53,041 nucleotides of DNA from Firmicutes bacterium UBA5473 (lineage in GTDB: Bacteria > Bacillota > DTU084): NCBI GenBank assembly GCA_002427165.1, contig DIQB01000129.1:1-53041 (forward strand), read 5' to 3'. Both the position numbers and the translations under genes were made by a program. The notes below the pieces were generated by a model that saw only the letters and a list, made by a program, of their open reading frames with translations, had not been told where the DNA came from and made no database searches. Positions 19,628-29,396 of this stretch are shown one piece after another (within the stretch, counting starts at the first letter, position 1; each line of letters opens with the position of its first letter).

Positions 19628-22120
19628 TTGTATAAGAAATTATCTTTTTTGACTTTATTGACCCTCTTATTAATAGCTGCTAATAGACCCTGTCTATTAG
19701 CAAATGAAGGGGATAATATTGCTCTCGGGAAACAATATTCTTTTTCTGCGAACCCAAACTATGCTCTATGCACTGATAATGAGGATATTTTACAATTAAC
19801 AGATGGCGAATATGTAGAAGGTTATTTTTGGACACAAAGGGGAACTGTTGGTTGGACACGCGAAAAACTAATTTCAATAACTATCGATCTGGGCAAAGTA
19901 GAACCTGTTAAAGGAATATCTTTTAATACGGCTGCTGGAAGAGCTAGCTTTTTTTGGCCTAAGGCTATCTATATCTTTACTAGTGATGATGGAACTAACT
20001 TTTATTATGCTGGCGAATTAATTCATCTTCACGAGAAGGATTTACCTTCGCCCATGGAATATGCAGTATATCGATATAAGACCTGTAGACTTGAGACAAA
20101 AGGGCGATATGTTAGGTTAACAGTAATGCCCACTTGTGATTACATGGTTGTTGATGAAATTGAAATCTATCGAGGGCCCAATGATTTCCTCGGTCGTAGC
20201 CCAGGACGTAAAGTAGATGATTTAAATAAATTTTTAAAGGAAAATCTAGTTAAGGCTGCAGTTTTAAAGCGTATACGGCGGGACATTGCCCAAATAAGAA
20301 GGGACATTAATGCCTCTTCCATTCTTTTAACAACAAAACAAAGTTTGATTGCAGAACTTGATATCTTAGAAGCCGAAAGGTTAAGGTTAATAGTAGATGT
20401 GGGAGAAGATTTCAGAGCGACAATCCCACTTAATCCCTTACACGAGCGAGTATTTAAAATTAATGCTAAGCTTCGGAAAGCTCAGGGAGCAGAGAAGTTG
20501 GTTGTTTGGAAGAATAATCGTTGGGATATGTTATCGCCTACAGAGATTCCACCTGAAAGCAGTGGCATCTTACCTGAGTTAGAAATCGCTATGTTATCAA
20601 ATGAGTACAGAGCAGAGGCGTTTAATATAACAAACAGCTCAGAAGAGAAGTTAGCAGTAAAGCTAAAGATTGAAGGACTACCTGGTGGTTCTAACCCAGG
20701 CTACATAAAAGTTCACCAGGTGGAATTCGTCGATACTAGAGAAGAAATTGTTATTGCGGATGCCTTGCCTTTAGCAAGGCTTGTTAGCGGGGGGGTTGAA
20801 CTTGATATACCAGCTGGAATGACCCGACAGGTTTGGTTTACATTCAACCCACACGATGTTGAGCCAGGAACTTATCGGGGCCAAGTTGTCCTTGAGCCTG
20901 GTCATGAGATGGAGGCAATTAATCTACCATTATCTTTCAGGCTCTCTGCAATAAGTTTTCCTGATAGCCCCTCACTATCGTTGACCATGTGGGATTATGT
21001 AGATTATTTAACACGTGATTTGACCGAGGGTGTTCGTGTTCAGGCTATTGAAGATATGAGGGAACATTTTGTGGATTCACCATGGGCTTCAAGCATAACC
21101 GCTCCTTGGCCATCCTCAATCCAGAAAGTTGGAGATATAGTAGTTGGTATGGAAATGGATTTTACTAGATTTGACAACTGGGTTTCCGATTGGCATGGTG
21201 CAAGAAACTATATGATATATTTCGGCGATAAATCTACCTTTGGACCCGAAGGCGAAAGAGTACCGTATAATGATCCTCGATTTGAAGAGTTAGTTAGTTT
21301 TTGGGTCGCTGAGTGGGCTAAACATGTGAAAGAGATCGGTCTTGCTCCTTCACAAATAAACTTATGTTTGGTTGATGAACCCAGGACTGAAGAGCAAGAT
21401 TTGAAAGTCATTGCGTGGGGAAAAGCTATTAAAGCAGGTGCTCCTGAGTTTGTTATTTGGGAAAACCCACTTCATTCAGAACCGTGGAAGGCTAATCAGG
21501 AACTATTTAATGTATGTGATGTTATTTGCCCGAATTTGGCCTCGTATATAGATGGTGGGATAAGAAGTGCGAACTTCTATAGATCTTTGCGCGATGCAGG
21601 TAAAAACTTGTGGGTATACGAATGTAGGGTTGGTCGTGTTGGGGCCCCCTATTCTTATCATAGACTGCAAAAATGGATGGCTTGGGAGATGGGAGCGGTA
21701 GGCTCTGGATTTTGGACATATTCATCTGGAGGCGGAACATCTCCGTGGAATGACTATCTGGATATGGGTGGTCGTGTAAGTTACAGCCCTCTTTATTTCG
21801 ATAATGTTTCAATAACAACTGGCAAGCATTGGGAAGCGGTTCGGGAGGGAGTTGAGGACTATGAATATCTAAAAATCCTAAGCGATATGGTAGAAACGCT
21901 TGAAAAAGAAGGTTGTGATCAAGAGATATTAAATGAGGCAAGGCTCTTACTGATCGAAGCTCCCAAGCATGTATGGGAAAACTGGACTAGATCTTCTATA
22001 TGGTGGTGGATTTCCGATGAATTAGAGGATGCAGATGTTGCGGACATAGAGAGAATAAAGATATTGAATATGATAGAATCATTGTCAGATCTTATAGAGT
22101 CGGTTAGCGTGAAAAAATAA
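19628..22120 (+). CDS. Secreted F5/8-type-C (discoidin/CBM32-like) module fused to a DUF4091/GH123-like domain
   Basis: TTG start after AAGGGGG. Signal peptide. GRYVRLTV..VVDEIEIYRG is the end of a discoidin domain. LVDEPR (DEP at 21374-21382) and WEAVREGVEDYEY. Confidence 0.7.
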   Translation: MYKKLSFLTLLTLLLIAANRPCLLANEGDNIALGKQYSFSANPNYALCTDNEDILQLTDGEYVEGYFWTQRGTVGWTREKLISITIDLGKVEPVKGISFNTAAGRASFFWPKAIYIFTSDDGTNFYYAGELIHLHEKDLPSPMEYAVYRYKTCRLETKGRYVRLTVMPTCDYMVVDEIEIYRGPNDFLGRSPGRKVDDLNKFLKENLVKAAVLKRIRRDIAQIRRDINASSILLTTKQSLIAELDILEAERLRLIVDVGEDFRATIPLNPLHERVFKINAKLRKAQGAEKLVVWKNNRWDMLSPTEIPPESSGILPELEIAMLSNEYRAEAFNITNSSEEKLAVKLKIEGLPGGSNPGYIKVHQVEFVDTREEIVIADALPLARLVSGGVELDIPAGMTRQVWFTFNPHDVEPGTYRGQVVLEPGHEMEAINLPLSFRLSAISFPDSPSLSLTMWDYVDYLTRDLTEGVRVQAIEDMREHFVDSPWASSITAPWPSSIQKVGDIVVGMEMDFTRFDNWVSDWHGARNYMIYFGDKSTFGPEGERVPYNDPRFEELVSFWVAEWAKHVKEIGLAPSQINLCLVDEPRTEEQDLKVIAWGKAIKAGAPEFVIWENPLHSEPWKANQELFNVCDVICPNLASYIDGGIRSANFYRSLRDAGKNLWVYECRVGRVGAPYSYHRLQKWMAWEMGAVGSGFWTYSSGGGTSPWNDYLDMGGRVSYSPLYFDNVSITTGKHWEAVREGVEDYEYLKILSDMVETLEKEGCDQEILNEARLLLIEAPKHVWENWTRSSIWWWISDELEDADVADIERIKILNMIESLSDLIESVSVKK

Positions 22121-22498
22121 CATGCTTTGGGGTGAAAAGAGGAGTACTAAACCAAGGCCTTTAAAAGACCCAATAAATTCCATATTATTTGTGCCGCCAG
22201 CGTAGCGGCGGAATGGAGGTTTTTATGAGGCTTCTTTTACTGAACTGTGGCGTAGGTATAAAAACGCGGGAGCCTAGGTAGCATATTAGCTTGTAGAAGG
22301 ATAGTCTTAAAGCGAAGTTACCAAAAGCAAAATTAAAATATGCTTTTTTGTTGGTACTCAGCCAAACATGTTATTATTTATGAAATTTTAGGTTATAGGT
22401 AGGGGGTGATAGCATTTAAGTTTTTCGTGGGTTTTACTCATTAGGATAATCATATTAAGGCTAAGAGCAGCATGAGATTTTAAAATGGAGGTATCGAA

Positions 22499-24775
22499 AT
22501 GAAAGGGAAGAGTAAAGTTTTTTTGATAATGTTTGTACTTATGATAATGAATACTTGCTGGGTAGCAGCGGAAACAAAAATTACGCAAGCTGTTTTTTTC
22601 CCACAATATACTAAAGACAAACTTAGTATGTCTAAAAGTCTTGATGCGATTTGGCAAAAGGCGCCACAAGTTGAACTGAAGGATTATAAAACAGGTGAAC
22701 AACCGAAGAAAAAAACGGTGGTAAGGACACTATATGATAACGATTTCCTTTATATTGTGTTTGAATGTGAAGAACCAGAGCCAAAGAAATTGAAAGTAGA
22801 ATGCACAGAACGAGATCAGGCAGTTTGGCGAGACGATTGCGTTGAAGTATTTCTTTCTAGTTTTCAGCAGGGGACCCCTTATGCGCATTTTATTGTTTCA
22901 GCGGCTGGTGTGATATGCGATTTGTGGGACAGAAATAGTGGTTGGAACCCGGATTATGAAGTTGTAGCTTGGTCGGGGACTCAAGACTGGTGGGTAAAAT
23001 TAAAAATACCTTTTAAGCTTTTTGAAACAACACCACAGACAGCCCCGATTTGGAAAGCGAACTTTTGTCGTGAAGAAAAGGGTCTTGGAGAACTTACTTC
23101 TTGGCGAAAAGCAGCTAATGGATTTAATGATCCTACATCCTTTGGGGACCTAGCTTTTATTACACCAGAAGAATATGCTAGCAGCCAAAAAATCGTTAAC
23201 CCTAAAGTGCCTTTAAATGAATCAGGTTATGTAATTTGGAAGGAAAGCCCTTTGAAGACCTCATTTGTAGACTCGAAACCGGAAGATTTGTTCAATGATT
23301 GTAAATCTCTACAAGTAAAAGTTTGCCAGAATCAGAAGACATGTGCGAAAGTAATGGTGACAAATTTAAGTGAAGTTTCATTAACATTTCGTGTTGAACC
23401 GTTTGAGATAAAGCAGCTAGATAAAAAAAGTACTGAATATGATTTTCATAGACTCTTTACTTTTAAGGAGGCAATACCTCGACATAATAGTCATTATCAA
23501 AGACAGCTAGATCCGCTTTGCCGACTCAACGAAGGCAATATTATTTCTATTCCTGCCTTTGAAACTAGAGCCCTTTGGATTGATATAAAGGGTCAGCTTC
23601 CGCCAGGACAGTATCAAAGTACGATTGCTTTTATACCGGTAGATAATAATAAACCCTCAAAAAAGGTTACACTCAATGTGAACATTCTTGATTTTAAGTT
23701 CCCCGAAGTACTACCTGTTGATACCTTTCTTTGGGGGCCTGCGGTCACCAGTAACGGAACATGGCCGAATAACCGGGTAATTGGTAAGGAAGAAGCATAT
23801 TATGGGGTAGCATCTGAGTATCATTTAAAGTATCTACATGCTATTTTTCCTACTTCCGCTATTGAGGGAGGCCCCAATGGACCGGTAATAAATAAAGGAC
23901 GAGAACATTATCTGAACGACGCTCTATTAGCTGCAAAAAAGAACGGCAAAATTATATATAGTTCTGCAGGCTTTTTCATGGATTTCGATAAAAGAATCAG
24001 GGCGAGAGGATTTAGTGGTCCTATTTTTGAGGAACAATGGGTTGAGTTGTTTACAGAATGGATAAATACATGGTTTGGATATTTGAAAGAAGTTGGCTTA
24101 ACCTTCGATGATTTTATGATCCAAATCATAGATGAACCGAGAGCTGATGATATTGAGGGAGTATATCGCTGTGGCAAACTTCTTAAAGAAATAGCACCGG
24201 AATTAAGAATTATGTGTGATATAGCTGCCTGGTCAACAATTGAGGAAATCAAACGATTAGATCCGGTAATTGATTTTTGGGTACCTTATGAACAACGTTT
24301 ACATTCAGTTCCGACAGCCGAGGAAGAATTAAAATTCTTCCAAAGTACAGGGAAGCCATTTGCTCCGTATTTGTGTTCAGTACGTAATGATGTGCAGCCC
24401 TTGCTCGGTTACTATCGTTTTCGCGGAATCCGTTCATGGCTATTAGGAGCTAGTGGAATTTTTATGTGGCCATTTAATTATTGGAGAGGGAACTCTTGGG
24501 ATCCGTCGGATGTGATAAAGGACAGTGGTGCCAAAGATGAAGGAATCTTCTACCATGGCGATTATGGTCCAATCCCTAGCGTTCGCGGAGAAGCTTTGCG
24601 GGAAGGAATTGAAGATTATTACTTAATATCGATTGCCAATGAAAAATTAAAAGCGGGAACACTTCCTGCAGAGGCAGCTATGCTTATCTCTGAAGAATAC
24701 CTTAAAAAATTAATGAGCAATAATAACCCGGATGAGGTTGAAGAATGGCAAAATCTATTAGCCTCATACCTATAG
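22499..24775 (+). CDS. Secreted CBM9/DOMON-like module fused to a DUF4091/GH123-like domain
   Basis: Signal peptide. TLYDNDFLYIVFECEE...VWRDDCVEVFLS...WKANFCRE is CBM9-like. IIDEPR (DEP at 24131-24139) and GEALREGIEDYYL. Confidence 0.7.
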   Translation: MKGKSKVFLIMFVLMIMNTCWVAAETKITQAVFFPQYTKDKLSMSKSLDAIWQKAPQVELKDYKTGEQPKKKTVVRTLYDNDFLYIVFECEEPEPKKLKVECTERDQAVWRDDCVEVFLSSFQQGTPYAHFIVSAAGVICDLWDRNSGWNPDYEVVAWSGTQDWWVKLKIPFKLFETTPQTAPIWKANFCREEKGLGELTSWRKAANGFNDPTSFGDLAFITPEEYASSQKIVNPKVPLNESGYVIWKESPLKTSFVDSKPEDLFNDCKSLQVKVCQNQKTCAKVMVTNLSEVSLTFRVEPFEIKQLDKKSTEYDFHRLFTFKEAIPRHNSHYQRQLDPLCRLNEGNIISIPAFETRALWIDIKGQLPPGQYQSTIAFIPVDNNKPSKKVTLNVNILDFKFPEVLPVDTFLWGPAVTSNGTWPNNRVIGKEEAYYGVASEYHLKYLHAIFPTSAIEGGPNGPVINKGREHYLNDALLAAKKNGKIIYSSAGFFMDFDKRIRARGFSGPIFEEQWVELFTEWINTWFGYLKEVGLTFDDFMIQIIDEPRADDIEGVYRCGKLLKEIAPELRIMCDIAAWSTIEEIKRLDPVIDFWVPYEQRLHSVPTAEEELKFFQSTGKPFAPYLCSVRNDVQPLLGYYRFRGIRSWLLGASGIFMWPFNYWRGNSWDPSDVIKDSGAKDEGIFYHGDYGPIPSVRGEALREGIEDYYLISIANEKLKAGTLPAEAAMLISEEYLKKLMSNNNPDEVEEWQNLLASYL

Positions 24776-25087
24776 CCTTTCTTGAATTCTTAGCGGGAAG
24801 GTATCAAGGGAAAAAATTCAAATCATTGCAAACGTTAAGGTCAAGTTAGTATAAAAATGACCATAGGTTATTGGCAGATAGCATTTGTATGAAGAGAGGT
24901 AATATCTTGATCTAAAAAAATTTAGGAGTATTCCACTAAAGGCATTCATAAATTGTTTCTGCTAATTCTGTGCAACTAAGGTTAGGGAACAGTTTAATAA
25001 TTTTTTGAATCTCTTTGATCTTGCCCAACCAACGACCTACGAATAAAACTTTATTTTAGCACGAATTAGTTCCTTTTCTTTACTAAT

Positions 25088-25124
25088 GATAACATGCTTT
25101 GGTTCTTGGCCAAAGCATGTTATC
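25088..25124. repeat. Perfect 15-bp inverted repeat with a 7-nt loop, in a 727-bp non-coding spacer
   Basis: GATAACATGCTTTGG-ttcttgg-CCAAAGCATGTTATC. Confidence 0.8.
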
Positions 25125-25472
25125 TCATTTGGCCGAAATTTGAATTATCCACTTTACGAACTTGTATTTCATAAAGGTCATGTTTGGTAAACTCCTACTG
25201 GACAAATCGCCCTTGGTAATGGTTTTCGTCAAAAGATTATATTTGAGATATTAAGCAGCCGTTTCCGGGATTTTCAAGCCATGCGTCTGAAATATTTTTT
25301 ATGATACAATGCTGTTTTCGGTCAATTATAGCTAATAAGTATTGGACAAGAGCCGATACCTGGGGGTTGTCCAGCACTTTTGAAAAATTAATAATCATTA
25401 AATGCCTAAGGGGTTGAGTAGTAACAATTATATTCTGGGGAGGAATTTCTAAAAACATGTTGAATATATTAA

Positions 25473-25484
25473 TTACACGTGTAA
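25473..25484. promoter_or_regulatory. Perfect 12-bp palindrome TTACACGTGTAA, 19 nt upstream of the LacI-family gene; candidate operator
   Basis: The palindrome is read directly from the sequence. A near-identical 14/16 palindrome lies at 28685-28698. Confidence 0.4.
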
Positions 25485-25502
25485 CTTGATTGTGGTGATA
25501 AA

Positions 25503-26588
25503 ATGAGTAAGCAAATTACGAGCGAAATGGTTGCTAAAAAAGCTGGCGTATCAAGGGCGACAGTCTCACTTATTCTGAATGGCCACCTTAACAGAGTGGG
25601 TGATGAAACTCGCAAAAGAGTTTTAAAAGTTATGGATGAGCTTGAATATAGACCTAACTTGCTAGCTAGAACAATGAAAACCAAACGTTCTCAAATAATA
25701 GGAATTATCGTTGAAGGTATTGCTGAAGGATGGTTTACCAAAATCTTTTTTGGAGCTGAAGAGGAATTACGCAAAAAAGGTTATCAGCTTCTATTATCTA
25801 GTCTTCTTTTTCAAAAAAGCTCAGATAAAAATTTATGTGATGCTGTTGAATTATTACTCTCAAGGCAGGTTGATGGAATAATCCTTATTACGAGCTCCAT
25901 AGATAGAGAAATCACACCACTGAAAAGTATTATTAGTTCAGAAATACCATTGATCTTGGTAAATTTTTATCCAACAAAGGAAGTTCAAGTACCAAAAATT
26001 TACCTTGACTATGTGGAAGCTGGGAAAATTTCAATACAGCATTTTCATTCTCTAGGGAAAAGGAAAATTGCATATATTGGCACAGATAATCTGGCAAACC
26101 TGAGCTCGAATATGCGCAAAGAGGTGTTAAGAGGCTATAAAAAGGGCTTAAAAGAATTTGGTTTACCCTATATTCCGGAGTTTATAAAAATAAAAGAGGT
26201 AAATATTGACAGTTCTCCTCGCGAAAGATTAAAGTTTTCGAAGGGGAGACTAAGTTGTGAGATGGGCAAGAAAGCTATGGAAGAAATCCTTACCTTATCT
26301 GAACGACCAGATGCTGTTTATTGCATGCATGATCATATAGCTTATGGCGCAATAGCTGCTATACAAGCGGAGGGTTTGAAGATTCCAGAAGAAGTAGCAG
26401 TAATTGGTAATAACAATTTAGAACCCTCGGAATTTATAGTTCCAGGTTTGACTAGTATTGATATGCAATTAGATAGATGTGGATATTTAGCAGCAAGATC
26501 TATGTTGAAGTTACTTGAGGGTGAAGAAGTAGAAATGGAAGTATTAGGCCCGGTTTCTTTAGTGGTTCGTTCGTCTACTGTGATTTAG
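25503..26588 (+). CDS. LacI/GalR-family transcriptional regulator
   Basis: N-terminal HTH (ITSEMVAKKAGVSRATVSLILNG) followed by a periplasmic-binding-protein-like sugar-binding core. Confidence 0.9.
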   Translation: MSKQITSEMVAKKAGVSRATVSLILNGHLNRVGDETRKRVLKVMDELEYRPNLLARTMKTKRSQIIGIIVEGIAEGWFTKIFFGAEEELRKKGYQLLLSSLLFQKSSDKNLCDAVELLLSRQVDGIILITSSIDREITPLKSIISSEIPLILVNFYPTKEVQVPKIYLDYVEAGKISIQHFHSLGKRKIAYIGTDNLANLSSNMRKEVLRGYKKGLKEFGLPYIPEFIKIKEVNIDSSPRERLKFSKGRLSCEMGKKAMEEILTLSERPDAVYCMHDHIAYGAIAAIQAEGLKIPEEVAVIGNNNLEPSEFIVPGLTSIDMQLDRCGYLAARSMLKLLEGEEVEMEVLGPVSLVVRSSTVI

Positions 26589-26626
26589 AGGAGAACTGTA
26601 ATTTTAATTTAGGATTTAAATTATAT

Positions 26627-28243
26627 ATTGCGATAAGGAGGATATTTTTTTATAAAAACGGGAGCGATAATCTTGCATTCTCGATGTTTTTACCCCCGTT
26701 TGGTAAGTCAATCTCGATTAAACCAATCTTATTTAATTCATTTAGTATTTTACAAGCTGATTTGTTTACTTTTTTCCCTTGAGCAATGTATTCGATTGCG
26801 ATTGTTACGAAGTAGGCTAAAACACAAATATAAATATGACCTTTTACTCTTTCTTCTTTTCAATGATACATCGGCCTAATATCTATGTTGTTTTTTATAG
26901 TCCGAAATGCGGTTTCCATTGCATTGAGATCTTTAAAAATCTTGACTAGTTTTTCACCTTCGAAATCAGGATGATCAGTCTGGATAACAAAAGTACCATC
27001 TAATCGTTTGTCTGATTCAATCTTAGTTTCATCAGTGGTATATTCCAACACAAATCCCAAAGGGCAATTTAAATCATCTTTGGTGTTTACCTTAAAATAA
27101 TTTCCGGTTTTTTTGCTTTTCAAGATACCTCCTACTTTTTTAAGGATATCTTCCTTTGTTTTAAGCCGTTTTTGTTTACCTTTGATTAATGATGCGTTTA
27201 ATGCTTCAAGTTGCTCACAAATATCTTTTATACTTTGCTTTCTAAATTCTGTGTCTTCAGTTCGCTTTTCGGTATTCAAGTATCTAGCATTTGATTTTCA
27301 TTAATGTCTATACATCTCAAGTACTTCTTGCTCCAGGCCCGGGGGATTGTCATAATATATTGTTGCTTTTCTTCGAGAATAGCATCGATGTTCTTTTTGC
27401 TCAACATGCCTCTATCTCCCACAAAAATAAACTCCTCAATGGGGTAGTTAGCCCTGATTTCCTTGATAATATCAGAAACGGTTGTTTTATCAGCCGGTGA
27501 ACCTGGGTAAATATTACACTTTATAGGAAAACTCTGGTGTCGTTACAAGACCTATCACTAGTTGTTCGCGATCTTTTCGATGGTCGCGGGAATAGCCATA
27601 TTCCGCTCAAAATACATTTGTGGCTTTCAAAATAACTGCTGGTTATATCGTAATAAAGTTCTTGCATGTTCTGTTGAAAAAGTGATTGGGCCCATGTATA
27701 AAGGCTTGGTTCAACCAAAGAAAAATTATCCGTAAGAACCTCTAGAGAACGATAAATAGTTCGGAGATCATGTTCGGTTTTCCCTTCGCCTAAGAAGTGT
27801 GAAATAGGAGTTCCGTCTAGCCACTCAGTAAGGGCTAGTTTACTATCGGGTTGAATAATTCGTTGGAAAATCATGGCATTAATACATTTCAGAGCAGTAG
27901 GAACTGAAATATGGTCATCATTAGAAACAAAGGAGTCTCTAAATGTCGGGAACATGTCTAGATATTCAAAGATACTATTGATAAGATAGAAGGATCCGTA
28001 TGGCACAGCACTAGGAAATTCTACTTTATTGAGGTTGGTAAAGGAGTCAAAGTCTTTGGAATAAACGATTTTAAGCTTTTCAGCAGTCTCTTTGCCTACA
28101 CTGCCAAAATAATTAATTCTTCTATGTTTGACCTTGCCATCTTCGCGGTATGCTTCGACTAATTCGGCATAGTAATAAATCTTTTCACCTTTTGTACGTG
28201 GTGTAACTTTTACGAACAATGCTATCTCCTCCTGATTGGCAGA
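26627..28243 (-). mobile_element. Degenerate IS1634-like (IS4 superfamily) insertion sequence; boundaries are approximate
   Basis: It contains the broken transposase gene. Candidate terminal inverted repeats are TGCGATAAGGAGGATAT (about 26627-26643) and the reverse complement of about 28226-28243 (TGCCAATCAGGAGGAGAT). The right edge abuts the point where homology to the 40742 gene begins. Confidence 0.6.
26650..28219 (-). pseudogene. IS1634-family DDE transposase gene inactivated by at least two frameshifts and one in-frame TGA
   Basis: Four pieces are visible. The N-terminal piece is (TTG)FVKVTPRTKGEKIYYYAELVEAYRE..YYDITSSYFE. The middle piece is in another frame: EEFIFVGDRGMLSKKNIDAI. The third piece ends in FRTIKNNIDIRPMYH. 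An in-frame TGA then falls exactly where the family has Trp, followed by KEERVKGHIFICVLAYFVTIAIEY. Confidence 0.8.
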
Positions 28244-28605
28244 GGGCTTTCAGTTGGCAGCCGGCCCTCAGGGTCCAATAGTGCTTTCAGGCCGGGATGT
28301 GCGCAAGCTTCAACTTGCCAAAGGAGCGATCAGAGCAGGCATTGAGATTCTGCTTTCGGTGGGAGGCGTGGATTACCAAGAGCTGGATGAGATTATCCTG
28401 GCTGGAGCTTTTGGCAGCTTCCTCAGAAGGGAGAGTGCGCTGAAAATGGGGCTTTTGCCTCCAGTGGAGCCGGAGAAAGTGCAGAGCGTAGGCAATACTG
28501 CAGGAGAAGGAGCAAGCAGAGGAGCTGGCACAAAAGCTTGAGTATATAGAGCTTGCCGGTAGGGCTGATTCTCAGGAACGTTTCATGGAGGGGATGCTTT
28601 TTTAA
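28241..28605 (+). pseudogene. 5'-truncated, frameshifted, diverged copy of the 3' end of a 2Fe-2S/ASKHA (DUF4445, RACo-like) gene
   Basis: GFQLAAGPQGPIVLSGRDVRKLQLAKGAIRAGIEILLS..YQELDEIILAGAFGS compares with GFQVAVGPQGPIVLTGRDVRKLQLAKGAIRAGCEILLS..YQELDEIILAGAFGS of 40742-42280. An internal deletion of about 35 nt shifts the frame. The tail LEYIELAGR..ERFMEGML is still recognisable. Confidence 0.85.
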
Positions 28606-28684
28606 TACAAAACAAGTTTAAACTTCATAAAATTTTTTGTTAAGAAGGAAGGATTTTTATAGCAAACGTGGAATTATATATTTA

Positions 28685-28698
28685 GTTACACGTGTTAC
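28685..28698. promoter_or_regulatory. Near-palindrome GTTACACGTGTTAC sharing the ACACGTGT core with the site at 25473
   Basis: Read directly from the sequence. It sits in a 790-bp non-coding spacer. Confidence 0.3.
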
Positions 28699-29396
28699 TA
28701 GGCGGCTAGGTATAGTAAAGATTCTATGAAAAAGATCAATTTAGAAAGGGAGGTCAGGAGTTTAAAGGACAGTGGGCGATTACATGGAATGGAAATGTTT
28801 TAATAATAAAGAGAAAAGCTTATCACCTCGTTAAATAACATTTTTCACGGTAACATTTTGGAGACTTGTTTAAAAAAGATGTTCAGGATAAGGTAAGTAA
28901 AAAAATATAAAGCAGACAAAGATCATTACACTGGCATTAACTTTATTTATGCACATTTTAAAACATGTATAACGAACATATGAATAATCACCCTTGGTTA
29001 TCAGCAAATAAGAAGCATTATAACATATCTTGTGGATATAAAATATGATGTGCGGCTTGATAACCCTGAAAAGGAATTGTTAACTCATCCCCGAACAAGG
29101 TGGGGGTAAGATAAGTATTCTTGTACCTGGGACCTAGCCAGATATTGTTTTAATTGTTTTAGTTCTTTTTTTAGGGGAGATGGGTTTGACCGATAACTAT
29201 CTTTCAATATTGAGAACCATTTAAAGCTGAATAAAGCTTAGTTGGATTAAAAGGGAGAACAGTTATACAGAGATTAGCCGAAAACCCCGCCAGCTTGCTA
29301 CGGGGGATGAAGGTGTCACTTCTTGTGGCATGGAGAGCGTCAAGATTGCCTTGAAGGCGGGGCCCCTCCAAGGCAATCTCAAAAAATTATAAGGAG

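Noticed and set aside
27291-27500. 69-aa + strand ORF, and the 63/68-aa + ORFs at 27113-27304 and 26673-26879
   Set aside because: They are antisense to the recognisable pieces of the IS1634-like transposase pseudogene.
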